Source of the DNA: a virus
Virus record (IMG/VR): IMGVR_UViG_3300045988_154248
Direction: 5' to 3' (one strand)
Length of the DNA stretch: 64,000 bases
This document shows positions 47,078 to 55,653 of this stretch, in pieces (within the stretch, counting starts at the first letter, position 1; every line of letters starts with the position of its first letter). A program made the position numbers and the translations under genes. The notes beneath the pieces were generated by a model. It saw only the letters and a program-made list of their open reading frames with translations, was not told the DNA's origin and did not search any database.

Positions 47078-48807
47078 CTTTTAACTCCTCCCCTAGCAAT
47101 CAATTCAATCTCATTCATCAGATCAATCTTCGCCTGTCGTGCATTGATTTGTTCAGAACGTAGTGTTGTTTTGCTCTGTTCTTTGATCTGTTCCACTTCA
47201 TCCAATTTTCTATTCTTATATCTGCTTTCAACCAATTCAAAAGGAATAAACTCGCCCTTCTCTACTGTCCATACTACAGATACATCATCTGGATCGTAAG
47301 CAACCTTAACATCTCCACCTTGCAGGAATCTTTCGGCGCAATCATCCCGTTTATACCGCATCCCATTTACCACTAGACCACGCCTAGTGAATGTCCCAAT
47401 GGTACGTGGGAGCAGATATAGGATTATTTTCGCGGTGTCATGCGGGAATGGAATTAAATTTGCGCCTGGTTGCTGTCTTCCCCATTCCCATATACTGGCT
47501 GCATATGGCTTTACTCCGTCTTCGATCATGGATTGTGTGTAAGGGAATCTTTCTATGAGCCGTTGGCTGTTGTAGTAGATAATACAACGCAGGATGATCT
47601 TTTCGAAATCAAACATTGTCAAACAGGCATCCAATCTGTAATCTCTTGCACCTCGTTCTTGGAAGTCTGGATCAATCACGCCTTTACCCTTAAGAAGAGG
47701 TTTATACATGGATTGAATGATGTCAAAGAATTTCTCTACTGCTCCTTTTAACTCTGGCCTGTAAGGTGGAAGATTTACCATAGTCACACCTGTTTCTGTA
47801 ATCTGTGCAAAGGATTCTGAAGTATACTCGCGTCCCATATCTGTTACAAAGATAGCTGGCAACTCTTGCACGTTCCACTGGGATTTTTCTAGTGAGATGC
47901 CGAACTTTCTACACCATTCTGTTTTGTCTGTAAGGATATTTTGGAGCAGATGACATAAACTCTTTGTATCGTTATTCCATGAGAGAACATAGCCATAACA
48001 CATACTGCTGTAAGCATCAATACAAGTAGTTAGGATCGGGCGACCTTTTAAGGTTCCTGTCTCGTCTATGAGGTAGATGTCACATACAGTTGAATCGAAC
48101 ATACCCGTCCCTATGTTGGTTGCAAACTCACGGATACCATCTCCTAGCAAGGGACGATTGTTCCGCTGATAATTTGACAGTCCATCTCTGGAAATATAAT
48201 AAGTTTGGAGCTTCTTGGTTTTCCGGTAAAAGTATCGAAACTGATAAAAGGATGGATGATCGGATAGTAACTGTCCCATGCTGTCACAATACTTTTCTTT
48301 CAGCATCATCTCATATGCTGTAACAAGACTGTTTTGTCTGCGTGTATAGAAGAACTTATTCAATGCCCATCTCATGTTTTTCTCATCTTTAGTCAGTACC
48401 TTTTCTTTCGTATGAACTTTTGGTGCAAGTACAGTGACGGTCTGAAAGATTAGATACTGATACAGATAGCGGCGGATGGTCTGCTTACTAATGTTATGCT
48501 CCTCTGAGATGGAAGAGATGATGTTTGCAGTTGCTGTACTGTCTCCTAAGTGGTACAGGATTGGTGCAATCAGAGTGTATCTCTCATGCGCAATGCGCAT
48601 TTGATCAGATGTAAGCTCCTGTTCGGCTGGTGGAGTGATGTTAAGCGCGTCATATAAATGCTTCTCTGGCAATGGGGTATATTGCGTTCTGAGCGTCCAG
48701 AATGGCATTTTCGGATGGAGACAGTCAATTACAAGGGTCTGGTTATCTGATGTCTTTAAAATTCTGTAGAACGTGTTATTGATATAGGCTATTTCAGCTT
48801 TCTGCAT
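47074..48807 (-). CDS. tnsB: TnsB-like DDE (Mu/rve-type) transposase
   Basis: HTH N-terminus. Catalytic core CDIYLIDE...IFVTDMGREY...PYRPELKGAVEKFF. Confidence 0.85.
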   Translation of the reverse strand: MQKAEIAYINNTFYRILKTSDNQTLVIDCLHPKMPFWTLRTQYTPLPEKHLYDALNITPPAEQELTSDQMRIAHERYTLIAPILYHLGDSTATANIISSISEEHNISKQTIRRYLYQYLIFQTVTVLAPKVHTKEKVLTKDEKNMRWALNKFFYTRRQNSLVTAYEMMLKEKYCDSMGQLLSDHPSFYQFRYFYRKTKKLQTYYISRDGLSNYQRNNRPLLGDGIREFATNIGTGMFDSTVCDIYLIDETGTLKGRPILTTCIDAYSSMCYGYVLSWNNDTKSLCHLLQNILTDKTEWCRKFGISLEKSQWNVQELPAIFVTDMGREYTSESFAQITETGVTMVNLPPYRPELKGAVEKFFDIIQSMYKPLLKGKGVIDPDFQERGARDYRLDACLTMFDFEKIILRCIIYYNSQRLIERFPYTQSMIEDGVKPYAASIWEWGRQQPGANLIPFPHDTAKIILYLLPRTIGTFTRRGLVVNGMRYKRDDCAERFLQGGDVKVAYDPDDVSVVWTVEKGEFIPFELVESRYKNRKLDEVEQIKEQSKTTLRSEQINARQAKIDLMNEIELIARGGVKR

Positions 48808-49138
48808 CTGTTACAATCCCCCAATCTTGAACGTGATGGGCAAGCCAGTAGGAATGTGATATGTCCAGAAGTTTAATTGTAAGTGGCTTGGGCTTGGTCA
48901 GATGACTTCGTTCTACGCACTCTCGGACATATTGTGTACCATCCTGTCGGGTGATAAGGAAGTCTGTGGTATAGTCTTCATCTTCGAGTGGCGCATTGCA
49001 TTGGAAAGATTGAACAGATGGATCGGTTTCCAGTTTGTCTGCATAAACAGATTGGATGGTATTGTAGCATCGGCAGATCGTGTCACATTTAGAGAGAGAC
49101 TTTTTCTCACAGCGTCCTTTGTAGTTTTTCTTGTACAT
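48794..49138 (-). CDS. tnsA: short TnsA-like endonuclease (N-terminal catalytic domain only)
   Basis: 114 aa. SVQSFQCNA...YTTDFLITRQDGTQYVRECVERSHL fits the TnsA N-domain layout (E...D...E/QxK region), though the expected Lys is not obvious. Overlaps the tnsB start by 14 nt. Confidence 0.55.
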   Translation of the reverse strand: MYKKNYKGRCEKKSLSKCDTICRCYNTIQSVYADKLETDPSVQSFQCNAPLEDEDYTTDFLITRQDGTQYVRECVERSHLTKPKPLTIKLLDISHSYWLAHHVQDWGIVTDAES

Positions 49139-49160
49139 AGTGTACCTCCTTTGATTTTAT

Positions 49161-49340
49161 GTGTCGAAAAAGTTACCCAAAAATGAATTATGTGTGTTTC
49201 GAAAAGTACCCAAAAATGCTTGTTTTTGGGCGTGTGTAAGAATAAGTACCCAAATCCTGTTGTTTTTGGTAAAATCTGGGAAAGCACGAATCCAGTGTTT
49301 ATGCGGGTTCCCAGATTTTTTAATATTTATCATTACACAT
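49161..49340 (-). repeat. Tn7-like right-end: 3-4 TnsB-binding-site-like repeats and a TGTGT tip
   Basis: Direct repeats TGTGT..CGAAAA(A)GT(T)ACCCAAAAATG at 49161-86 and 49193-219. A related copy TGTGTAAGAATAAGTACCCAAATCC lies at 49233-58 and a degenerate GGGTTCCCAGATTTTTT at ~49303-20. The sequence ends ...CATTACACA at 49340, which reads TGTGTAATG inward. Confidence 0.5.
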
Positions 49341-49644
49341 CCCCAAAAATAGAGTAAAAAATATACTATGTTTCAAGGCAACCTCCTTGAGCCTAAAAAG
49401 GGCAAAACTGTTGGTTCTGCCGCTGATATGACTATAGAATATTTAATAGATATTTTGACATATATTTTCGTGTAAACTTTTCCGACCGGAAGGTTTTGTC
49501 TATGTTTGGAAAGGGCTGATGAGAAATGGATATGGGATAGATACAAGCAGATGAAATCACAGTTTCATCGGAAAATTTCAAAATTGCCAATCCCAAAAAC
49601 CCAGTATTTAAGCCTTTTTATCTGTGCATAATTTGTTATTAACG

Positions 49645-49700
49645 TAAAAAAAGACCTCATAACCACATTTCTATGGTTACAAGGTCTTCATTTTGTTATT
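49645..49700. terminator. bidirectional terminator
   Basis: AAGACCTCATAACCA ... TGGTTACAAGGTCTT stem flanked by an A-run upstream and a T-rich run downstream. Confidence 0.7.
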
Positions 49701-49889
49701 TTTCAATTACTCCGGCTTGTGTCCGGGCTGATGATCGGGGTAAGGGACAGTTGGAAGCTGGTCGGTGATCTGTTAGCGAACGGCTAGAGGATCAGTGACT
49801 TTGCCCTTTTGAGGATCAACTGGATTGCCCTGGGACATAGAGAAAACCTTGTATGGGGATATTATAACCTTGGATTCTCTCCATGTCAA

Positions 49890-50555
49890 CTATCCTACCA
49901 CTCTAACATCGGCATAATACATACCGGAATTAAGAGCTTCTGAATGGCTGTCAACATAAATATCAACGCATCCACTTGGCACTCCACGATCTTCTACAGT
50001 GTAGATCTGACCGTTAATTTCTACTTTAGTTCCAAACGGTAAATCAGCCATGGCAACTGTTCTGCCAGCTACAGGATATGTACCAGATGCCGTTGGACTG
50101 CCAGCCCAGGAACCATTGCAGTTTGCACATCCGCAGTAATGAGTGATTCGATATGCACCAAGACTGTAGCAGGAATAAGAAGTTGTCTCTACGAATTCCG
50201 TCTCAATTGGTTCAGCCTGTTGAATAGGCTCTGAGATAAGCGGGGTATCAGAAAGATATTCATTTGACATATAGAATACATTATCACCAATCTGTACTTT
50301 TGCCCAGTTGCCCTCTGTGATGTCAAGCACCTCTACTGATGCTCCATATGGAAGAGCGCCAATTTTCTGAGACTCAACAGAATCACCTGTTCGATAATTA
50401 AGACCGATGCTAGGTTCAACATATTTAGTCTCTGCATTAGCCAGTGTTGGAGTGAGTAATACGGTTAGTAGAGTTACAGTAGTTGTTAGTTTTTTCTTAA
50501 AATTATTCAATGGTTTAGACCTCCTGACTTTCGTATACTTGGACTTCTTTCGCAA
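49890..50555 (-). CDS. secreted SH3 + 3D-domain cell-wall-binding/hydrolase protein
   Basis: Signal peptide (...LLTPTLANA/ETK). SH3-like GDSVESQKIGALPYGASVEVLDITEGNWAKVQ. 3D-domain-like C-terminus YRITHYCGCANCNG...GRTVAMADLPFGTKVEINGQIYTVEDRG. Confidence 0.7.
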   Translation of the reverse strand: MRKKSKYTKVRRSKPLNNFKKKLTTTVTLLTVLLTPTLANAETKYVEPSIGLNYRTGDSVESQKIGALPYGASVEVLDITEGNWAKVQIGDNVFYMSNEYLSDTPLISEPIQQAEPIETEFVETTSYSCYSLGAYRITHYCGCANCNGSWAGSPTASGTYPVAGRTVAMADLPFGTKVEINGQIYTVEDRGVPSGCVDIYVDSHSEALNSGMYYADVRVVG

Positions 50556-50754
50556 GCTCTGCTGCTAGTTCACCTTCATAGGTAAAATCAATTGGCTGAT
50601 TTAGAGCAAGGCTGAAGATACCCATAATGGATTTTGCATCAACAACATATCTTCCAGATACAAGTGTTGCATCTCCTGGATATTTGCTGACAGTTACGAC
50701 AAACGCTTTTACTTTATCAACGTTGTCAAGAACGATTTGTTTTTGTAGTTTCAT
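50515..50754 (-). CDS. HPr/Crh-like protein lacking the His15 site
   Basis: AAAGGAGAA SD then ATG 50754. VVDAKSIMGIFSL matches the HPr Ser46 region (NLKSIMGVMSL). The position equivalent to GIHARPA reads NVDKVKA. Confidence 0.6.
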   Translation of the reverse strand: MKLQKQIVLDNVDKVKAFVVTVSKYPGDATLVSGRYVVDAKSIMGIFSLALNQPIDFTYEGELAAELAKEVQVYESQEV

Positions 50755-50777
50755 TGTTTTGTTCTCCTTTGCATAAT

Positions 50778-50978
50778 TTATATTTTGCAACAATACCCAC
50801 ATGAGGTATTGGTACATTCATACCATTCTTCCCATCCAGCTCCCATGTAATCATATTTTTGGAACTGAGGAAGCATAATTGATTCGCAGCGTGGACAAGT
50901 TAATATTCTCTCATCCACTGCTGCACATTGAGCATCCCATGCCCAATTTTCTTCTCTATATTGTAGATCGTCGTCCAT
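50778..50978 (-). CDS. small zinc-ribbon protein
   Basis: ATG 50978 lies one nt after the dUTPase stop. CPRC...CTNTSCGYCC. Confidence 0.4.
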   Translation of the reverse strand: MDDDLQYREENWAWDAQCAAVDERILTCPRCESIMLPQFQKYDYMGAGWEEWYECTNTSCGYCCKI

Positions 50979-50979
50979 A

Positions 50980-51735
50980 TTAGTTTTTACCTGTACTTCC
51001 AAAACCACCACGACTTTTTCCACTTAGCTCTTTAACAGTTTCGAAATGAATTTCTGGCTGTTTTTTCATAATACGGAATTGGCAGATACGATCATTTTTA
51101 TGAATAACTGTATCTTCCATAGCAATTACTGGATATTTCCAACAGTCCTGTGGCCCACTGTAAGAGTTATCAACGATCCCAATCGAGTTACATTGCATAA
51201 TCTTAAAATTCTTATATGTACTGCTTCTAGGTGCAATGTGCGCTTCATATCCATCAGGAAGTTTCATTCCAACGCCAAGAGAAATAAGTCTAAATTCACC
51301 TTTTTTGAGATGTACGTCTTCTGCAGCTCTTAGGTCAATCCAATCACCATTTTGAATAGGTGCGATTGGTTCTATATCTGCAAAGTATTTAATTTTAATT
51401 GTTTCTGTATCCATAGTATTTTTCTCCTCTTCTTTTGTTTTCTTTAGGATTTTTTGATTCATCATAGTTTTTATGATACGATTAATTTTTCTATCAATCT
51501 CTTTTACGATCTTGTTATTACCATATTCTCTGTTGTAATAAGGAACGTAAAGCTGATTGTGGTCTGAGTCGAACACTTGATAGAATACGTCCTGTTCCTC
51601 AAGATCAATATATAGACGAAACTCAATCGTATTTTTATATACACTCCTTCGATAACAGCCAAAGGAGAATCCATTCTTTCTGAGCTTATTATTGGAGAGA
51701 TCTGCTACCAATTGATAATTGTTTAAGTCAAGCAT
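50980..51735 (-). CDS. dut: dUTPase with in-frame 107-aa N-terminal extension (or internal start at 51414)
   Basis: The C-terminal 144 aa carry trimeric dUTPase motifs (APRSSTYKNF, GIVDNSYSGP, RGGFGSTG). GAGGAGAA SD precedes the internal ATG 51414. The upstream 107 codons are open and in frame. Confidence 0.8.
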   Translation of the reverse strand: MLDLNNYQLVADLSNNKLRKNGFSFGCYRRSVYKNTIEFRLYIDLEEQDVFYQVFDSDHNQLYVPYYNREYGNNKIVKEIDRKINRIIKTMMNQKILKKTKEEEKNTMDTETIKIKYFADIEPIAPIQNGDWIDLRAAEDVHLKKGEFRLISLGVGMKLPDGYEAHIAPRSSTYKNFKIMQCNSIGIVDNSYSGPQDCWKYPVIAMEDTVIHKNDRICQFRIMKKQPEIHFETVKELSGKSRGGFGSTGKN

Positions 51736-52406
51736 ATAGATACCTCCTTGCTTAGATACTTGAGAAAATCATCCCATTGTTCCTCAGAATGGATAAATTC
51801 TTTACCTTTAAGCATCTTTTTACACATCAGTTTTTTAATTGTCTCAGACTTATATTGTTTCATTTTTTGCATACGCTCAAAGATGTAATTGGATGTAGCA
51901 CGGGATATGATAAGAAATTTATCTTTTGGTACATCTTTTACAACCTGTTTATACTGTTCCAGATCCGATTCTGGGATTTCATATTTTTGTTTTGGAAGAT
52001 TTCTGGTTGAGAATGGAGAAATATCTGCTCCATGTGTAGACGCTTTAAGAAGTGTTGCAATGTAAGAAATGTCTCTTGGATGAAAATGAAATTCAATTTC
52101 TTCATCATTTTCCATGATATGTTTTACTGTTCCTTCGGACAATAGTTGAGGATAAAGTTCTTCGTATGGGATTTTATCTTCAATTTGAAGTTTATCTAAC
52201 GCAATTGCTCTAAGAATGTTATGACCTCTTCCAATTGATGGAATGTATGCAACAAGGTCATTTCTGCCATAATAATAGATTTGATTACCGTATTGACACT
52301 TAATATAAATATCATCCGTATCAAGATTTCCTTTATCGTCTCGTGGAAAATCATTTGTATCATGATCCAGATTAGCCATTAGACGATATGTTCCTTTGTA
52401 TTTCAT
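51723..52406 (-). CDS. hypothetical protein
   Basis: 227-aa ORF, co-oriented and overlapping the next gene by 13 nt. Confidence 0.5.
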   Translation of the reverse strand: MKYKGTYRLMANLDHDTNDFPRDDKGNLDTDDIYIKCQYGNQIYYYGRNDLVAYIPSIGRGHNILRAIALDKLQIEDKIPYEELYPQLLSEGTVKHIMENDEEIEFHFHPRDISYIATLLKASTHGADISPFSTRNLPKQKYEIPESDLEQYKQVVKDVPKDKFLIISRATSNYIFERMQKMKQYKSETIKKLMCKKMLKGKEFIHSEEQWDDFLKYLSKEVSICLT

Positions 52407-52432
52407 TAGTGGACTTGGCGTAATATCACCTC

Positions 52433-52708
52433 CTAATATTCTTCGTACAGTGTTTCGCTGCTAACTGGAATTTTATTCTTTTCAGATTGTTTAACTGCTT
52501 TAAGAGCTTCTTTTCGATCAAAGAAAATCGTCTTGCCAATATTATCATAGCTGAAAAGATATGCTATTTTAGTACGTTTTTCCATGCCACAGAACCATCT
52601 ATTTTCTTCATCAATAGTACGAATTTTAAGCTCGTATACATCGTATAAGCCTAATGTTGGCATGATTCTGGCGTAGTATAAAATGTCGTTTTTATGTAGT
52701 TGTGTCAT
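52433..52708 (-). CDS. hypothetical protein
   Basis: 91-aa ORF whose start abuts the nrdG stop. Confidence 0.45.
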   Translation of the reverse strand: MTQLHKNDILYYARIMPTLGLYDVYELKIRTIDEENRWFCGMEKRTKIAYLFSYDNIGKTIFFDRKEALKAVKQSEKNKIPVSSETLYEEY

Positions 52709-53256
52709 TAGTTATCCTCATATAAAATAATTTTATTTTGAGCAAGAGTTTTTTGTACATCAATTACTCTTTGGTTTGATGATCCACACCAATGTAAAGA
52801 GACATCACGTAGTTCTTTTTTGTACCGACCGTCAACAATGACATCACATAAAGAGATTAGTTTTCTTGTTTGTTTCAGACGTTTATCTCTTTCTGGATTA
52901 AAATCACCAGTTATAACAGGCCAGATTAATTGTTCAAATTTGTAGCCTGTGTATAACCATATCGTTTTATTCGGATATTGTTTTTTGATTTTTTGTGTAA
53001 TATCTAATACAGTTTCAATATTAGATTCAAACATTGGATCTCCACCACTCCAAGTAATGCCACTAATATAGTCTTTTGATATTTGATCCATAACTTCTTG
53101 TTCTGCATCATTATTAAATTCAATGCCACCGTGTGGATTCCAGGTTTGAGGATTTTGGCATTCTGAACAATGATGGCTACATCCAGATACCCACACAACA
53201 ACTCTTAATCCGTCTCCATTATTTTGGTCTGGATATGTAATATTGTGATAATTCAT
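52708..53256 (-). CDS. nrdG: anaerobic ribonucleotide reductase activating protein (radical SAM)
   Basis: DGLRVVVWVSGCSHHCSECQN (CxxxCxxC cluster). Size and position downstream of nrdD. Confidence 0.85.
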   Translation of the reverse strand: MNYHNITYPDQNNGDGLRVVVWVSGCSHHCSECQNPQTWNPHGGIEFNNDAEQEVMDQISKDYISGITWSGGDPMFESNIETVLDITQKIKKQYPNKTIWLYTGYKFEQLIWPVITGDFNPERDKRLKQTRKLISLCDVIVDGRYKKELRDVSLHWCGSSNQRVIDVQKTLAQNKIILYEDN

Positions 53257-53310
53257 ATTTCTCCTAACAGGGCTGGAAATAATACATCCAGCCCATATAA
53301 TATTTAATGA

Positions 53311-55473
53311 TTACATGCTTACCCTGTCCTTGATTTCTGCATTCTTTGCTTCGTTATAGCGAGTTTGACCGTGAACTCTTGTAAATCCTAAGTACCCGTT
53401 CATTCTGTCAATCTTTGTGATCATCTTACTACCACATTTTGGACAAATATCCATTTCTACTTGCTGATATCCGCAATCTTCGCAATAACACATTGCAAGA
53501 TTTACGCCTTCGTAGAAACCTTTATCCATTGCTCTAAGCACAAGTGTCTTAATTGCTTGTTTGTTGTATCCAAGATTATATCTGCAATATTGAATCTTGC
53601 CGCCATTAAATAGATTCCAGAATCTTCCTTCCTTATCTTGTTTTTCAATCGGATTCATATCTTCTGATACATGGCAATGGAAACTATTGCTTACATATTC
53701 TTTGTCGGATACGTTTTCAATAATCCCATAAATTTTACGGAATTGCTCTACCTGCAAACCACAAAGTGACTCTGCGGGCGTACCGTAAATTGCATATAAA
53801 ATATGGTCTTCTTCCTTGATTCTGTTTGTGTAATCATTGATATACTGCATGACCTCTAAGGCAAATTGCCCATCTTCTCTAATAGATTTTCCATTATAAA
53901 GCCTCTGAAGTTCATTCAGTGCAGTGATACCATAACTCATTGTCATTGGAGGAAGAATAGATTTAATTTTATCATCTGGATTTAGATGTCCACCTAAAAA
54001 ACCACCTTCACAGAAAGCAACCGGATTAACACTGGCATGAAGCTCTCCAATGTAATCATAGGTTCTTTTATGTAATCCACGAACAAGTTCAAGATAGTAA
54101 TCTAATACTTCATAAAAATCTTTTGACTCTCTACGAGCTTTTGCAAGAATCATTGGAAGATGCAAGGAAACAACCCCAAGATTAAATCTTCCTTTAAAAA
54201 TTGGTGTATCATTTTCATCTGCTGGATGCATACCACCACGTTCATACCATGGACTAAGAAAAGCCCTACACCCCATAGGACTAACCACTTTTTTATATTT
54301 TTTATACATTTCTGCTACATATCCATCGCCAGTTAAAGATAACCAATCCGGATACATAGTTTTTGCGCTGCAATCAATTCCTGCATTAAACACATCTGCA
54401 CTCGGATATTTATCCGATCCATCACCATGCAATTCTTTGTCATATAGAAATACGATTTTAGGGAACAATACAGGACGTTTAAATCCTTTTTTACCCTGTC
54501 CGTCCTTATGTACATTAAGAAGCGTAATTGCAGCCATTTTGCCGAATTTAGACGTAGCAAGACCAATAGTTATCGTAACGAATGGATAATCCCCTCGACT
54601 CGAAGAAACCGAGTTCAATTTATATTCAATTCCTTGCCAACCTTGTTCAAAGTCACGATGTACTTTATTGGTTGCATATTTATCTGCTATATCATTGAGT
54701 AAATCATTATCGAATTCTGAATCTACACAAAAAGATATGTCTTTAAATTCATCAAAATATTTTCTATATGATTTTTCTGCATATGGTTCAAGAATCTTAT
54801 CTGCTTCTGGAACGGTAAAACCACCATATTGTTGCGCTGCTGTTGATAAAATAATATCTCCCATAACATCAAAAGCCGTATCCAAATAGTTTGGCTCATT
54901 ATACCAAATGTTACCCATTTCAAAACCGTTTTTCATAACATCCCCTACGTTAAAAAGGCAACAATTAATCGTATCGAGTCGAGCAGACCTATCATGGATA
55001 TAAATATATCCATCTTTTGCTGCTTGTTTTTCTGCATATGTTAAAAAGAATTTTTTATATAATTCACTATTCAGCTCGTTGAAAATCAGGCTTCGCTTCG
55101 TTGCAACAAGGGCGCTGTCTGTGTTGGCATTGCTCTTGTCTCCGATGTAGCGGATGGACTGGCTACGCTCATATACTTTATCCATCATATGTACAAAATC
55201 TTTTTTGTAATTCCGATATTCTTTATACATTTTGGCTACTTTTGGGTAGTCTTCTTCCAATACAGCTTCGACGATATTATGCATATCATAAATTTCGATG
55301 CTTGTATCATCATCGTAGTTTTCTTCGATTTCTTCCCAAACATCATTCAGGATTTTTTCATAGTCTTGATTACTTAGTTCAACCATTGCTCTTCTTGCAG
55401 CTTTATTGCAAGCATCAATGATTTTTTGCTCTTGATATTCTTCAATTGTTCCATCTTTCTTTACTACTCTCAT
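53311..55473 (-). CDS. nrdD: anaerobic ribonucleoside-triphosphate reductase
   Basis: ATP-cone N-terminus (VVKKDGTIEEYQEQKI). C-terminal Zn site CEDCGY...CPKCGS and glycyl-radical motif RMNGYLG. Confidence 0.9.
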   Translation of the reverse strand: MRVVKKDGTIEEYQEQKIIDACNKAARRAMVELSNQDYEKILNDVWEEIEENYDDDTSIEIYDMHNIVEAVLEEDYPKVAKMYKEYRNYKKDFVHMMDKVYERSQSIRYIGDKSNANTDSALVATKRSLIFNELNSELYKKFFLTYAEKQAAKDGYIYIHDRSARLDTINCCLFNVGDVMKNGFEMGNIWYNEPNYLDTAFDVMGDIILSTAAQQYGGFTVPEADKILEPYAEKSYRKYFDEFKDISFCVDSEFDNDLLNDIADKYATNKVHRDFEQGWQGIEYKLNSVSSSRGDYPFVTITIGLATSKFGKMAAITLLNVHKDGQGKKGFKRPVLFPKIVFLYDKELHGDGSDKYPSADVFNAGIDCSAKTMYPDWLSLTGDGYVAEMYKKYKKVVSPMGCRAFLSPWYERGGMHPADENDTPIFKGRFNLGVVSLHLPMILAKARRESKDFYEVLDYYLELVRGLHKRTYDYIGELHASVNPVAFCEGGFLGGHLNPDDKIKSILPPMTMSYGITALNELQRLYNGKSIREDGQFALEVMQYINDYTNRIKEEDHILYAIYGTPAESLCGLQVEQFRKIYGIIENVSDKEYVSNSFHCHVSEDMNPIEKQDKEGRFWNLFNGGKIQYCRYNLGYNKQAIKTLVLRAMDKGFYEGVNLAMCYCEDCGYQQVEMDICPKCGSKMITKIDRMNGYLGFTRVHGQTRYNEAKNAEIKDRVSM

Positions 55474-55640
55474 TTCTCCACCTCCTCATGAATTTCTTCT
55501 TTCTTCCAAGTGTAATTGCAGCAGTTATTCATTTGCTCCAATTCTTCATCAGCACTCTTGGAAATTTTACACAACGACATTACAGTTGTGCAAAACCCAA
55601 TCCCAAGAACTGCTCCAAGTACCACATAAAGTACACTCAT
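55470..55640 (-). CDS. small membrane protein (56 aa), not in the ORF track
   Basis: AGGAGGT SD then ATG 55640. MSVLYVVLGAVLGIGFCTTVMSLC... has one TM helix. Its TGA overlaps the nrdD ATG (ATGA). Confidence 0.45.
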   Translation of the reverse strand: MSVLYVVLGAVLGIGFCTTVMSLCKISKSADEELEQMNNCCNYTWKKEEIHEEVEK

Positions 55641-55653
55641 TATTAGTTACCTC

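Larger units (their letters stand above)
44391..49340 (-). mobile_element. Tn7-like transposition module (tnsA-tnsB-tnsC-tniQ) with a recognisable right end; left end not identified
   Basis: Four overlapping genes of the canonical Tn7 core order plus a TnsB-site-like repeat array next to tnsA. See the individual entries. Confidence 0.65.

Noticed and set aside
49509-49560. CTGATGAG ... GAAA strings suggesting a hammerhead ribozyme
   Set aside because: The sequences that would have to form stem II (after CUGAUGA and before GAAA) are not complementary, and no stem I/III arrangement can be drawn.
49701-49889. tRNA, tmRNA or SRP RNA gene in the GC-richer block
   Set aside because: There is no GTTCGAATC-type T-loop, cloverleaf or acceptor CCA context. 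Resemblance to the SRP domain IV strings is only vague. It is kept as an unexplained structured region in the findings.
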